DNA from: a bacterium
GTDB lineage: Bacteria; Zhuqueibacterota; Zhuqueibacteria; Oceanimicrobiales; Oceanimicrobiaceae
Length of the DNA: 10,355 nt
NCBI GenBank assembly: GCA_046758365.1
Contig: JBHIAC010000119.1
Span: forward strand, 1-10,355
Direction of reading: 5' to 3'
Position 1 is the stretch's first letter, and the number at the start of each line of letters is the position of its first letter. The position numbers and the translations under genes are program-made. The notes under the pieces were generated by a model, which did not search any database, was not told the origin of the DNA, and saw only the letters and a list, made by a program, of their open reading frames with translations. This document shows, in pieces, positions 1 through 7,590 of this stretch.

Positions 1-75
1 CAATATAGCTTTAAAGGTGAATTCTTTTAGGTCTGTTTCTGCAGGAACGTAAGGCATAAAATCAGGATTGTTCAT
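1..75 (-). CDS. OPT-family oligopeptide transporter, N-terminal fragment (runs off the left edge)
   Basis: Manual translation of the reverse complement from ATG at 75..73 gives MNNPDFMPYVPAETDLKEFTFKAIL, matching the F-x-P-Y-V-P-A...(L/M)-x-E-(F/L)-T-x-K-A-I N-terminus typical of bacterial OPT transporters. A purine-rich SD (GGAAGGGAGGGAAC, minus strand 89..76) lies directly upstream. Only 25 codons are visible. Confidence 0.75.
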   Translation of the reverse strand, partial: MNNPDFMPYVPAETDLKEFTFKAIL

Positions 76-181
76 GTTCCCTCCCTTCCGTAAATGCAAG
101 TAAGAGTATTAGCTGGAATAATTTAGTAGTTGTGAATATTTATAGATTCTTTTATATCCCCCCCCAAAAAAACTGACCTGC

Positions 182-210
182 AACTTAACAGAAAATTTTT
201 AAAAAGTCAA
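182..210 (-). promoter_or_regulatory. Putative sigma70-type promoter for the OPT transporter
   Basis: Minus strand reads TTGACT (210..205) - 17 nt - TAAGTT (187..182), with TG-n immediately before the -10 (extended -10). An AT-rich tract lies upstream. Confidence 0.55.
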
Positions 211-250
211 GTGAAAAATTAATTTCTTTTTTGGCCTTTTTCTTTTTTGT

Positions 251-278
251 TTGATTTTTTGAAAAAAAATTGTATATT
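251..278 (+). promoter_or_regulatory. Putative sigma70-type promoter for the ecfT-truA... run
   Basis: TTGATT (251..256) - 16 nt - TATATT (273..278), about 25 nt upstream of the ecfT ATG at 304. T-rich UP-like sequence lies upstream. It sits back-to-back with the minus-strand promoter. Confidence 0.5.
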
Positions 279-303
279 AACATTTGTTAAATTAGGAATT
301 TTC

Positions 304-1104
304 ATGGGCTTTTTAAACGATATAACTCTTGGCCAATATTATCCTGGAAATTCAATTTTACATCAACTTGACCCAAGAAGCAAGCTTATTTCGAGTCTTT
401 TTTTTATGACTAGTCTTCTTCTTTCTAATAAATTAAGTTTAATTTTACTTTTAGGAGGCATGTGTATATTTAGTATTTATTTTGCTAAACTGCCAGTTAA
501 AATAATTAGTAAAAATTTAAAACCTTTTTTTTGGCTTTTTCTGATTACTTTTATTATACACTTATTAACTACTAAAGGAAAAACGATCTTTGGGGTTCCA
601 TTTTTAGATCTAAAAATAACCGAACAAGGTTTGATCAATGGAGCAACTTATTCCATAAGATTGGCCTTTTTAATTATTTTTGCGGCTTTGCTTACCTTGA
701 CGACTGCCCCCATTGAACTTACAGATAGTTTGGAGAGATTGTTTTCACCTCTCAAAAGATTCAATATCCCTGTACATGAGTTTACTCTGATGATGTCTCT
801 TTCTTTACGATTTATTCCTATTTTAATCCAAGAAGCGGAGCGTATCAAAAATGCTCAATTATCGCGAGGGGCCTCGTTGGAAGGTAGTTTGCTTCAGCGA
901 GTAAAAAATATCATTCCTATGATACTACCTTTATTTATTTCTGCTTTTCGTCGAGCCGAAGAATTAGCTGTGGCCATGGAAGCGCGTCATTACATCAGTG
1001 GCGAAGGTCGGACTAGTTATCGTCAGTTAGTTTTTAAACGTGGCGATTTTGGATTATTAATTTTTTCAGGTGCCTTTTTGGGGGGTATTCTTCTTTTTAG
1101 GTAG
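304..1104 (+). CDS. ecfT: Energy-coupling factor transporter transmembrane component T (CbiQ/EcfT family)
   Basis: Motifs GQYYPGNSILHQLDPRSKL, LSLRFIPIL, AQLSRGA, PLFISAFRRAEELAVAMEAR; several hydrophobic segments; followed by truA as in the common ecfT-truA order. I moved the start from TTG 247 (which overlaps the promoter) to ATG 304, which has AGGA upstream and matches the usual family start (...DITLGQY). Confidence 0.92.
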   Translation: MGFLNDITLGQYYPGNSILHQLDPRSKLISSLFFMTSLLLSNKLSLILLLGGMCIFSIYFAKLPVKIISKNLKPFFWLFLITFIIHLLTTKGKTIFGVPFLDLKITEQGLINGATYSIRLAFLIIFAALLTLTTAPIELTDSLERLFSPLKRFNIPVHEFTLMMSLSLRFIPILIQEAERIKNAQLSRGASLEGSLLQRVKNIIPMILPLFISAFRRAEELAVAMEARHYISGEGRTSYRQLVFKRGDFGLLIFSGAFLGGILLFR

Positions 1105-1122
1105 TTGATTCTATAGTTGAAT

Positions 1123-1851
1123 ATGAGAAATATAAAACTGACCCTGGAATACGATGGCACCAACTTTTGTGGATGGCAGTGGCAGCCTAAAGGGCGTACA
1201 GTACAAGACACTTTACAATGTTCTTTGAAAGAATTGCTGCAAGAATCACCAACTGTAATTGCTTCAGGTCGGACAGATGCCGGGGTACATGCTTTAGGTC
1301 AAGTTGTTAATTTTAAAACTGAAAATACCCTTGATTTGAACTCCATTTGTTTGGGATTAAATAGTTTTTTACCGAGTGATATTACGATTTTACAAGCCGA
1401 AGAAGTCGATGAAAAGTTCCATGCCCGGTTTGATGCGGTTAAAAGAAAGTATCGATATGTTATTTCAAAAAGACCAAAAGCAGTAGGTCGTTACTATTCC
1501 TGGTTCTGTAAATATGATTTAAATTTAGATAAAATAAAGAAAGCGTCGGAGGTTTTAATTGGAGAGCATGAATTTTTCGCTTTTTCCAGAGCTAATGATG
1601 AAGAACTGCACTATTTATGTAATCTGGAAAGCGCGCGGTGGAAGGAAACTGAAGAAGAGATAATTTTAGATATTTGTGCGAACAGATTTCTACATAATAT
1701 GGTAAGAATCATTGTAGGTACCATGGTAGATGTTGGTCGAGGTAAGCTGGCGCCAGAAGAAATGAAAAATATTATGGAAACCAGAAATAGAGACAGAGCA
1801 GGATTTACAGCGCCGCCACAGGGTTTGTTTTTGGTAAAAGTGTATTACTAA
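1123..1851 (+). CDS. truA: tRNA pseudouridine(38-40) synthase TruA
   Basis: EYDGTNFCGWQ, catalytic SGRTDAGVHA, FHARFDA, FLHNMVRIIVG, TAPPQGLFL. ATG 1123 is preferred over TTG 1117; no clear SD. Confidence 0.96.
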   Translation: MRNIKLTLEYDGTNFCGWQWQPKGRTVQDTLQCSLKELLQESPTVIASGRTDAGVHALGQVVNFKTENTLDLNSICLGLNSFLPSDITILQAEEVDEKFHARFDAVKRKYRYVISKRPKAVGRYYSWFCKYDLNLDKIKKASEVLIGEHEFFAFSRANDEELHYLCNLESARWKETEEEIILDICANRFLHNMVRIIVGTMVDVGRGKLAPEEMKNIMETRNRDRAGFTAPPQGLFLVKVYY

Positions 1852-1884
1852 AGACCCAATTTATAATATTAAAGGAGTAAAATC

Positions 1885-2538
1885 ATGAAATTCTTTTTAG
1901 ATACAGCAAACTTAGAGGAGATCAAACAGGCTGCCAGTATGGGCATTCTCGATGGAGTGACCACCAATCCCACATTAGTATCCAAAGAAAAAGGAAAATT
2001 CAAAGATATCCTTTTAAATATTTGTGAGGTAGTAGATGGGCCTGTCAGTGCTGAAGTAGTAGCCCTCGAATTCGAAGGTATGGTGAAGGAAGCTCGTGAA
2101 TTGGCTTCTCTTCATCCTAATATCTATGTTAAAATTCCAATGATTCGCCAGGGGTTAAAAGCCGTCAAGGCTCTATCCTCGGAAGGAATTCATGTAAATG
2201 TTACCCTATGCTTCAGCCCCAGTCAAGCGCTTATGGCCGCTAAAGCTGGAGCCACTTTTGTTAGTCCTTTTGTGGGTCGTGTCGATGATATAAGTGGAGT
2301 TGGGATGGAAATCGTTACTGACATTAGAACGATTTTCGATAATTACGGCTTTGAGACAGAAATCTTGGCAGCCAGCCTTCGACATCCTCTTCACGTGGTT
2401 GAGGCTGCCTTAATTGGCGCTGATATTGCTACCATGCCTTATAAAGTTTTTGACCAACTATTCAATCATCCTTTAACAGATGTTGGATTGAAAAGATTTT
2501 TAGATGATTGGGAGAAGGTAAAAGATCGAATTGTCTAA
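1885..2538 (+). CDS. tal: Transaldolase, small FSA/TalC-type (often auto-annotated as fructose-6-phosphate aldolase)
   Basis: [16 protein letters not shown], Schiff-base Lys in VKIP (K83), NVTLCFS, SPFVGR. Glu57 (VSAEV) and Phe129 (SPF) are the transaldolase-type residues, where E. coli FSA has Gln and Tyr. SD AAGGAG upstream. Confidence 0.9.
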   Translation: MKFFLDTANLEEIKQAASMGILDGVTTNPTLVSKEKGKFKDILLNICEVVDGPVSAEVVALEFEGMVKEARELASLHPNIYVKIPMIRQGLKAVKALSSEGIHVNVTLCFSPSQALMAAKAGATFVSPFVGRVDDISGVGMEIVTDIRTIFDNYGFETEILAASLRHPLHVVEAALIGADIATMPYKVFDQLFNHPLTDVGLKRFLDDWEKVKDRIV

Positions 2539-2612
2539 TAGAATATTCATTCATTAATGGATTGAAATGTGAAATAAATTGTTGGAAATAATGAGGTGAG
2601 GGAGTTTTAATA

Positions 2613-3791
2613 ATGAAAAAATGGATAATTTGTTTAATAGGTATTTTAATCTCTTTTCATTTTTTAAGCTGTGAAAAGCCAGAGAGACAATCTGCTCTAA
2701 AAAAGTTAGATTTGACGGCTCAACCTGATGTCCAACAAAATAGATATACCATAAATGATGAGATTTCTAATAGCCGAAGAACAGCTATCACTAAGGCTGT
2801 CGAATTGGTTAGTGATGCCGTTTGTGGTATAAATGTTACGCAGATTCGTGAGTACGTACGTACGCCTTTTTATGATGATCCCTTCTTGCGATTCTTTTTT
2901 CCAGAAAGAAGGTTTCGTCAAGCCGTGAAAAGTTTAGGTTCTGGATTTTTAATCTCACCAGATGGATTCATTCTAACTAATGAACACGTAGTCCACAACG
3001 CCTCTGAAATTCTTGTAACTCTATCCGATGGCTCAACCAATCAAGCCGAGTTAGTAGGTTTGGACTATATCACAGATGTCGCTTTGCTCAAAATCAAGGG
3101 TGAAAACTATCATTATATAAAATTTGGCAATTCAGACAACGTGATAATTGGTGAATGGGTCATCGCTTTAGGTAATCCTTTTGGGCTGTTTGAAATAAAT
3201 GCAAAGCCAACCGTAACCGTAGGTGTGGTAAGTGCTGTTGATCGCGATTTTGGTAAGCAGGAAAATAAAAGAGTCTATCAGGACATGATACAAACGGACG
3301 CTGCGATAAATCAAGGAAACAGTGGCGGGCCTTTGGTTAATAGTATGGGAGAAGTCATTGGAATTAATGCATTTATATTTACCGAAAGCCAGTACAACAC
3401 GGGTTCAATAGGTCTCGGCTTTGCCATTCCTATTAATCGAGTTAAACGGGTTCTGAAGGAATTAAAAGAATATGGTAAGGTTAACCGACGATTTTGGTCA
3501 GGACTAGAAGTGGAAGATATCACGCCTTTGGTTGCCCGTTATTTTCGCTTAAAATCTACTCATGGCGTGCTTGTTACTAATATTGAAAAAAATAGTCCGG
3601 CAGCAAAAGCTGGTTTGGAAATTGGAGATATTATCCTTGAAGTGAATGATCACCTTATTAAAGATACCAACGATATTTGGAGAATGATTGAAGATTCTGA
3701 TTTGCGCGGTGGGGACAAGTTAAGTTTAACGATTATTCGCGATAAAAGAAAATTTAATATTGAATTGCGATTAGAGGGGATATACAATTAA
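2613..3791 (+). CDS. HtrA/DegP/DegQ-family trypsin-like serine protease with one PDZ domain; predicted lipoprotein
   Basis: SLGSGFLI, triad His in TNEHVV, Asp in TDVALLK, Ser in QTDAAINQGNSGGPL; C-terminal PDZ (GVLVTNIEKNSPAAKAGLEIGDIIL). The N-terminus MKK + hydrophobic stretch + FLS-C20 looks like a lipobox. Confidence 0.92.
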   Translation: MKKWIICLIGILISFHFLSCEKPERQSALKKLDLTAQPDVQQNRYTINDEISNSRRTAITKAVELVSDAVCGINVTQIREYVRTPFYDDPFLRFFFPERRFRQAVKSLGSGFLISPDGFILTNEHVVHNASEILVTLSDGSTNQAELVGLDYITDVALLKIKGENYHYIKFGNSDNVIIGEWVIALGNPFGLFEINAKPTVTVGVVSAVDRDFGKQENKRVYQDMIQTDAAINQGNSGGPLVNSMGEVIGINAFIFTESQYNTGSIGLGFAIPINRVKRVLKELKEYGKVNRRFWSGLEVEDITPLVARYFRLKSTHGVLVTNIEKNSPAAKAGLEIGDIILEVNDHLIKDTNDIWRMIEDSDLRGGDKLSLTIIRDKRKFNIELRLEGIYN

Positions 3792-3838
3792 TCAAGCTGT
3801 CTGCACGGATTTCTTTGAAATAAAATGAGGTAGAATCC

Positions 3839-5131
3839 TTGATAGAACGTTACACACGCCCCGAAATAGCTAATATTTGGAGCGATAAAAATAAGTTTCG
3901 CACTTGGCTTAAAGTAGAAATATTGGCATGCGAAGCTCAAACAGAACTGGGATTAATTCCACAAGAAGCTTTATTTAAAATAAAGGAACACGCTAACTTT
4001 AATCAAGCGCGGATTCTTGAAATTGAGGAAATAGTCAAACATGATGTAATTGCCTTCCTTACTAATGTTGCTGAATATGTTGGTCCTGAAAGCCGATATA
4101 TTCATTTAGGTATGACTTCCTCTGACCTGTTAGATACTTCTCTAGCGGTACTAATGCGTGCGGCCGGTCAATTAATTTTGCAAGAATGCTCCCGATTACA
4201 GGAAGTTTTAGGGAGGCGAGCCATTGAATTTAAAAAGACCGTTTGCATTGGGCGCTCTCATGGAATCCATGCAGAACCAACCACCTTTGGATTGAAATTA
4301 GCCCTTTGGTATGATGAAGTTGGGCGGGGAATCAAACGATTGGAAAAAGCTGTTGACACCATTTCAGTAGGTAAAATTTCAGGTGCAGTCGGGACATTTG
4401 CCCATATTGATCCAAGAGTTGAAGAATATGTTTGTGAGAAATTGAATTTAAGACCAGCGCCCGTTTCTAATCAAATTGTTCAGCGGGACCGGCATGCGGA
4501 ATATTTAACGACTCTAGGTTTAATCGCTAGCTCTTTAGAAAAATTTGCTACCGAAATAAGAAATTTACAACGGACTGAGATTCTTGAAGTTGAGGAATCC
4601 TTTACCAAAGGTCAGAAAGGTTCTTCGGCTATGCCTCACAAACGAAATCCTATCACCTGTGAGCGAATCGCTGGACTTGCACGGATCATTAGAGCTAACG
4701 CATTGGCTGCTTTAGAAAACGTTACTCTTTGGCATGAGCGGGACATTACCCACTCCTCTGTGGAGCGTATCATCCTTCCGGATAGTACAATAGCGCTGGA
4801 TTACATGCTCAATAAGTTTACAAATATTATTGAGAATTTGATTGTATATCCTCAAAATATGATTAGAAATTTAGAAAAAACGAAAGGCTTAGTTTTTTCC
4901 CAATCTTTACTTTTAGCTCTGACTAAAAAAGGAGCAACTCGAGAGGATGCTTATCGGTTAGTTCAAAACAGGGCCATGGAAGTTTGGAATTCTAAGGGGG
5001 ATTTTAAAGAGGCTATTTTGACCGATGAAAAAATTCATCAATGGCTGTCCGAGGAGGAAATCGAAAATTGTTTTGATTTAAATAAAAATCTAAAAAACCT
5101 TGATTATATTTTTAATCGGGTTGGATTGTGA
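3839..5131 (+). CDS. purB: Adenylosuccinate lyase
   Basis: MIERY start, KHDVIAF, HLGMTSSD, GRSHGIHAEPTTFG, fumarate-lyase signature GSSAMPHKRNP, LWHERDITHSSVER. TTG start with GAGG SD. Confidence 0.97.
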   Translation: MIERYTRPEIANIWSDKNKFRTWLKVEILACEAQTELGLIPQEALFKIKEHANFNQARILEIEEIVKHDVIAFLTNVAEYVGPESRYIHLGMTSSDLLDTSLAVLMRAAGQLILQECSRLQEVLGRRAIEFKKTVCIGRSHGIHAEPTTFGLKLALWYDEVGRGIKRLEKAVDTISVGKISGAVGTFAHIDPRVEEYVCEKLNLRPAPVSNQIVQRDRHAEYLTTLGLIASSLEKFATEIRNLQRTEILEVEESFTKGQKGSSAMPHKRNPITCERIAGLARIIRANALAALENVTLWHERDITHSSVERIILPDSTIALDYMLNKFTNIIENLIVYPQNMIRNLEKTKGLVFSQSLLLALTKKGATREDAYRLVQNRAMEVWNSKGDFKEAILTDEKIHQWLSEEEIENCFDLNKNLKNLDYIFNRVGL

Positions 5132-5178
5132 AATTGACGAAAATAAAATTACTTACTAAAAAAACGGAGTGAGGGAAA

Positions 5179-5910
5179 TTGAAAGAAGTAACTGTTAAAA
5201 AGAAAAAAAAATATTATGAAGGTAAGGCTAAAATTCTCTTCAAAACAGATAATGAGGATCTCTTGATTCAAGAATTCAAAGACGATGCCACAGCTTTCGA
5301 TGGCGTTAAAAAAGGAAAAATTAAGGGTAAAGGTGTCATTAATAATCAGATATCAACCTATCTTTTTAATTATCTAGAAAGTTATCATATTCCAACACAT
5401 TTCGTTAAGACACTTTCAGATAATTCGATGATTATTAAAATTTTGGATATGATGCCACTTGAGGTTGTAATGCGGAACATTGCTACTGGGAGTCTGGTTA
5501 AACGCTACGGTGTTAAGGAAGGTCAGGAGATTGAACACCCTATTTTGGAATATTATCTGAAAGATGACAAAAAACATGATCCCATGCTGAATGAGCATCA
5601 CATTTTAGCCTTTGGGTACGCGTCATCCGAGGAGCTAAAACTCATTGAAAGATATGCGCAAAAAATAAATGCCGTGCTGAAATCTTTCTTTTACCGCAGA
5701 AATTTATTGCTGGTCGATTTCAAATTAGAATTTGGCCGTAATAAATCAGGCAAAATCATGCTTGCAGACGAAATATCGCCCGATACCTGCCGTTTATGGG
5801 ATATTGAAACCGGTGAAAAACTGGATAAAGATCGCTTCCGTCATAGTTTAGGCAAAGTAGAGGAAGCCTATGAACAAGTACGAAAACGGATTTTTAAAGA
5901 AGTAAAATAA
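5179..5910 (+). CDS. purC: Phosphoribosylaminoimidazolesuccinocarboxamide (SAICAR) synthase
   Basis: YEGKAK, FKDDATAFDG, PLEVVMRNIATGSL, LVDFKLEFG, LADEISPDTCRLWD, DKDRFR. TTG start with GGAGTGAGGG SD. Confidence 0.96.
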   Translation: MKEVTVKKKKKYYEGKAKILFKTDNEDLLIQEFKDDATAFDGVKKGKIKGKGVINNQISTYLFNYLESYHIPTHFVKTLSDNSMIIKILDMMPLEVVMRNIATGSLVKRYGVKEGQEIEHPILEYYLKDDKKHDPMLNEHHILAFGYASSEELKLIERYAQKINAVLKSFFYRRNLLLVDFKLEFGRNKSGKIMLADEISPDTCRLWDIETGEKLDKDRFRHSLGKVEEAYEQVRKRIFKEVK

Positions 5911-5924
5911 AAAAGGGAGGTTTT

Positions 5925-6575
5925 TTGAGTAGAGAAGGGTTATGGATAATTGTTGGTTTGATTTTAGGTTCCGGGGTAATCACAGCAGGGGCTATAATTA
6001 CGCCTTTCATCCACTTAACCATTATGGCTATTCTATGTATAGCGCTGACAGGATTTACAATATTTTTTTTTCGAGATCCAAAGCGTATTATCCCGGATGT
6101 TTCTAATACCATATTATCCCCTGCAGATGGAAAAGTAATTGAAATTCAAGATGAATTTGAAAAGGAGTATATAAACGCACCTTCGACACGAATAAGCATT
6201 TTTTTATCTTTATTTGATGTTCACATAAATCGAATTCCTTTGGCTGGAACGATAGGTTATTTTCAGTATCAGCAAGGCTCTTACATCAAGGCTTATAAAA
6301 GTGAGGCCTCTACTTTTAACGAGCAAACTATTATTGGAATTGAAAATAATCAGGCCAAGATTCTTTTTAAACAGATTGCTGGCATTTTAGCTCGTAGAAT
6401 TGTTTGCAACGTGCGAGAAGGCAACGTTGTAAAATTAGGTGAAAGATTTGGCATGATCAAATTCGGTTCACGGGTCGATATATTTCTGCCCAAATATTTT
6501 GAAATCAAGGTTCAATTAAATCAAAAAGTAAAAGGGGGACTAAGCATCTTAGGAGTGATGAACAATGATAAGTAA
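5925..6575 (+). CDS. psd: Phosphatidylserine decarboxylase proenzyme (short type)
   Basis: N-terminal TM segments, FFRDPKR, SPADGKV, SIFLSLFDVHINRIP, QIAGILARRIV, autoprocessing motif GMIKFGSRVD. TTG start with GGGAGG SD. Confidence 0.95.
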   Translation: MSREGLWIIVGLILGSGVITAGAIITPFIHLTIMAILCIALTGFTIFFFRDPKRIIPDVSNTILSPADGKVIEIQDEFEKEYINAPSTRISIFLSLFDVHINRIPLAGTIGYFQYQQGSYIKAYKSEASTFNEQTIIGIENNQAKILFKQIAGILARRIVCNVREGNVVKLGERFGMIKFGSRVDIFLPKYFEIKVQLNQKVKGGLSILGVMNNDK

Positions 6576-7305
6576 AAGAAATTTGTTTCCTAGTTTATTT
6601 ACTATGTTAAATCTTTTCTTCGGGTATTTCTCGATTATAAATGCGCTGCAGGGGAAATTTGTCACAGCTTCGTGGATGATAATAATTGCGGCTGTTTGGG
6701 ATGCCATTGACGGGAAAATAGCAAGAAAAACAAATAGCTATAGTGATTTTGGCATTGAGTTTGATTCAATTGCTGATGTGGTTTCATTCGGCGCAGCACC
6801 CTCGATTTTGATTTATCAGGTGTTTTTTTATAAAATTGCGGCCCCTGGAATTATTTTTAGCTTCTTTCCGCTCCTTTTCGGAGCTATTCGTTTAGCACGG
6901 TTTAACGTAAATTTGGAAAGCTTTGAAAAAGAAAATTTTTCAGGTCTGCCAATTCCATCCATGGCAGTTACGATGTCTTCTTATGTAATATTTAATTACG
7001 ATCTTTGGGAAGGGTTAAGATTTGCTCCAATCCTTGCACCATTGGTTATTTTATTAAGCATTCTTATGGTAAGTAATGTAGAGTATGAGAATGTCCCAAA
7101 ATTAACTTTTCGAGAGAATAAAAAGAACTCCATTCAGTTAGCGATTATGCTTCTTGGTATGACAGTGATTTTTCTCTTTCGGGAAAAAGCAATATTCCCC
7201 CTTATCTTAGGATTTGTTTTGTTCGGACTATTTCGTTCACTTGTACATCATGATAAAGAAGATGAAGAAGAGGAGGAAATTTTTGATATTTCAATTCCTG
7301 ATTAA
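6565..7305 (+). CDS. pssA: CDP-diacylglycerol--serine O-phosphatidyltransferase (phosphatidylserine synthase, CDP-alcohol phosphotransferase type)
   Basis: PSLFTMLNLFFG, CDP-alcohol motif DAIDGKIAR...FGIEFDSIADVVSFG, RLARFN, FSGLPIP, LMVS. It overlaps the psd stop by 11 nt, and its AGGAG SD lies inside psd. Confidence 0.94.
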   Translation: MISKRNLFPSLFTMLNLFFGYFSIINALQGKFVTASWMIIIAAVWDAIDGKIARKTNSYSDFGIEFDSIADVVSFGAAPSILIYQVFFYKIAAPGIIFSFFPLLFGAIRLARFNVNLESFEKENFSGLPIPSMAVTMSSYVIFNYDLWEGLRFAPILAPLVILLSILMVSNVEYENVPKLTFRENKKNSIQLAIMLLGMTVIFLFREKAIFPLILGFVLFGLFRSLVHHDKEDEEEEEIFDISIPD

Positions 7306-7315
7306 GTGGAGATAA

Positions 7316-7576
7316 ATGGTGGTAGCGAAAATATTGGTAACACTGAAAAATGGAATTTTAGATCCTCAAGGCAAAACGGTCAAACACGCCTTAGAGAATT
7401 TAGGATTTGACCAGATTTATGAAGTGCGCATGGGAAAATTAATTCAATTAAAGTTTAATGATGTAACTAAAAAGGAAGCGGAACGAATAACTACTGAAGC
7501 GTGCAAAAAACTACTGGCTAACCCTGTCATTGAAGATTTTAAATTTGAATTGTCTGAGGAAATTTCAAAGAAATAA
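7316..7576 (+). CDS. purS: Phosphoribosylformylglycinamidine synthase subunit PurS
   Basis: VTLKNGILDPQG, VRMGK, CKKLLANPVIEDF; 86 aa; immediately upstream of purQ. Confidence 0.96.
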   Translation: MVVAKILVTLKNGILDPQGKTVKHALENLGFDQIYEVRMGKLIQLKFNDVTKKEAERITTEACKKLLANPVIEDFKFELSEEISKK

Positions 7577-7590
7577 TTTAAATCTCTAAA

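Noticed and set aside
247..303. 19-codon N-terminal extension of ecfT from TTG 247
   Set aside because: It overlaps the predicted -35/-10 boxes, has no SD and no family similarity. ATG 304 fits better.
1862..1867. Perfect TATAAT upstream of tal
   Set aside because: There is no credible -35, and the implied TSS would fall within the SD. It is likely chance in AT-rich DNA.
2546..2566. Imperfect inverted repeat TTCATTCATTAATGGATTGAA after tal
   Set aside because: It is weak and AT-rich with no U-tract, so I cannot support it as a terminator or operator.
2852..2864. GTACGTACGTAC palindromic tetranucleotide repeat in the htrA gene
   Set aside because: Only three units, in frame (EYVRTP), and too short to argue for phase variation.
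5197..5211. A5-G-A9 tract near the purC start as a slippage or frameshift site
   Set aside because: It encodes a Lys run in an intact reading frame, and no alternative-frame product is evident.
648..5601. Short minus-strand ORFs in the track (648..848, 1023..1211, 2206..2394, 2706..2921, 3311..3523, 5416..5601)
   Set aside because: All are antisense shadows of well-conserved plus-strand genes, with no recognisable motifs.
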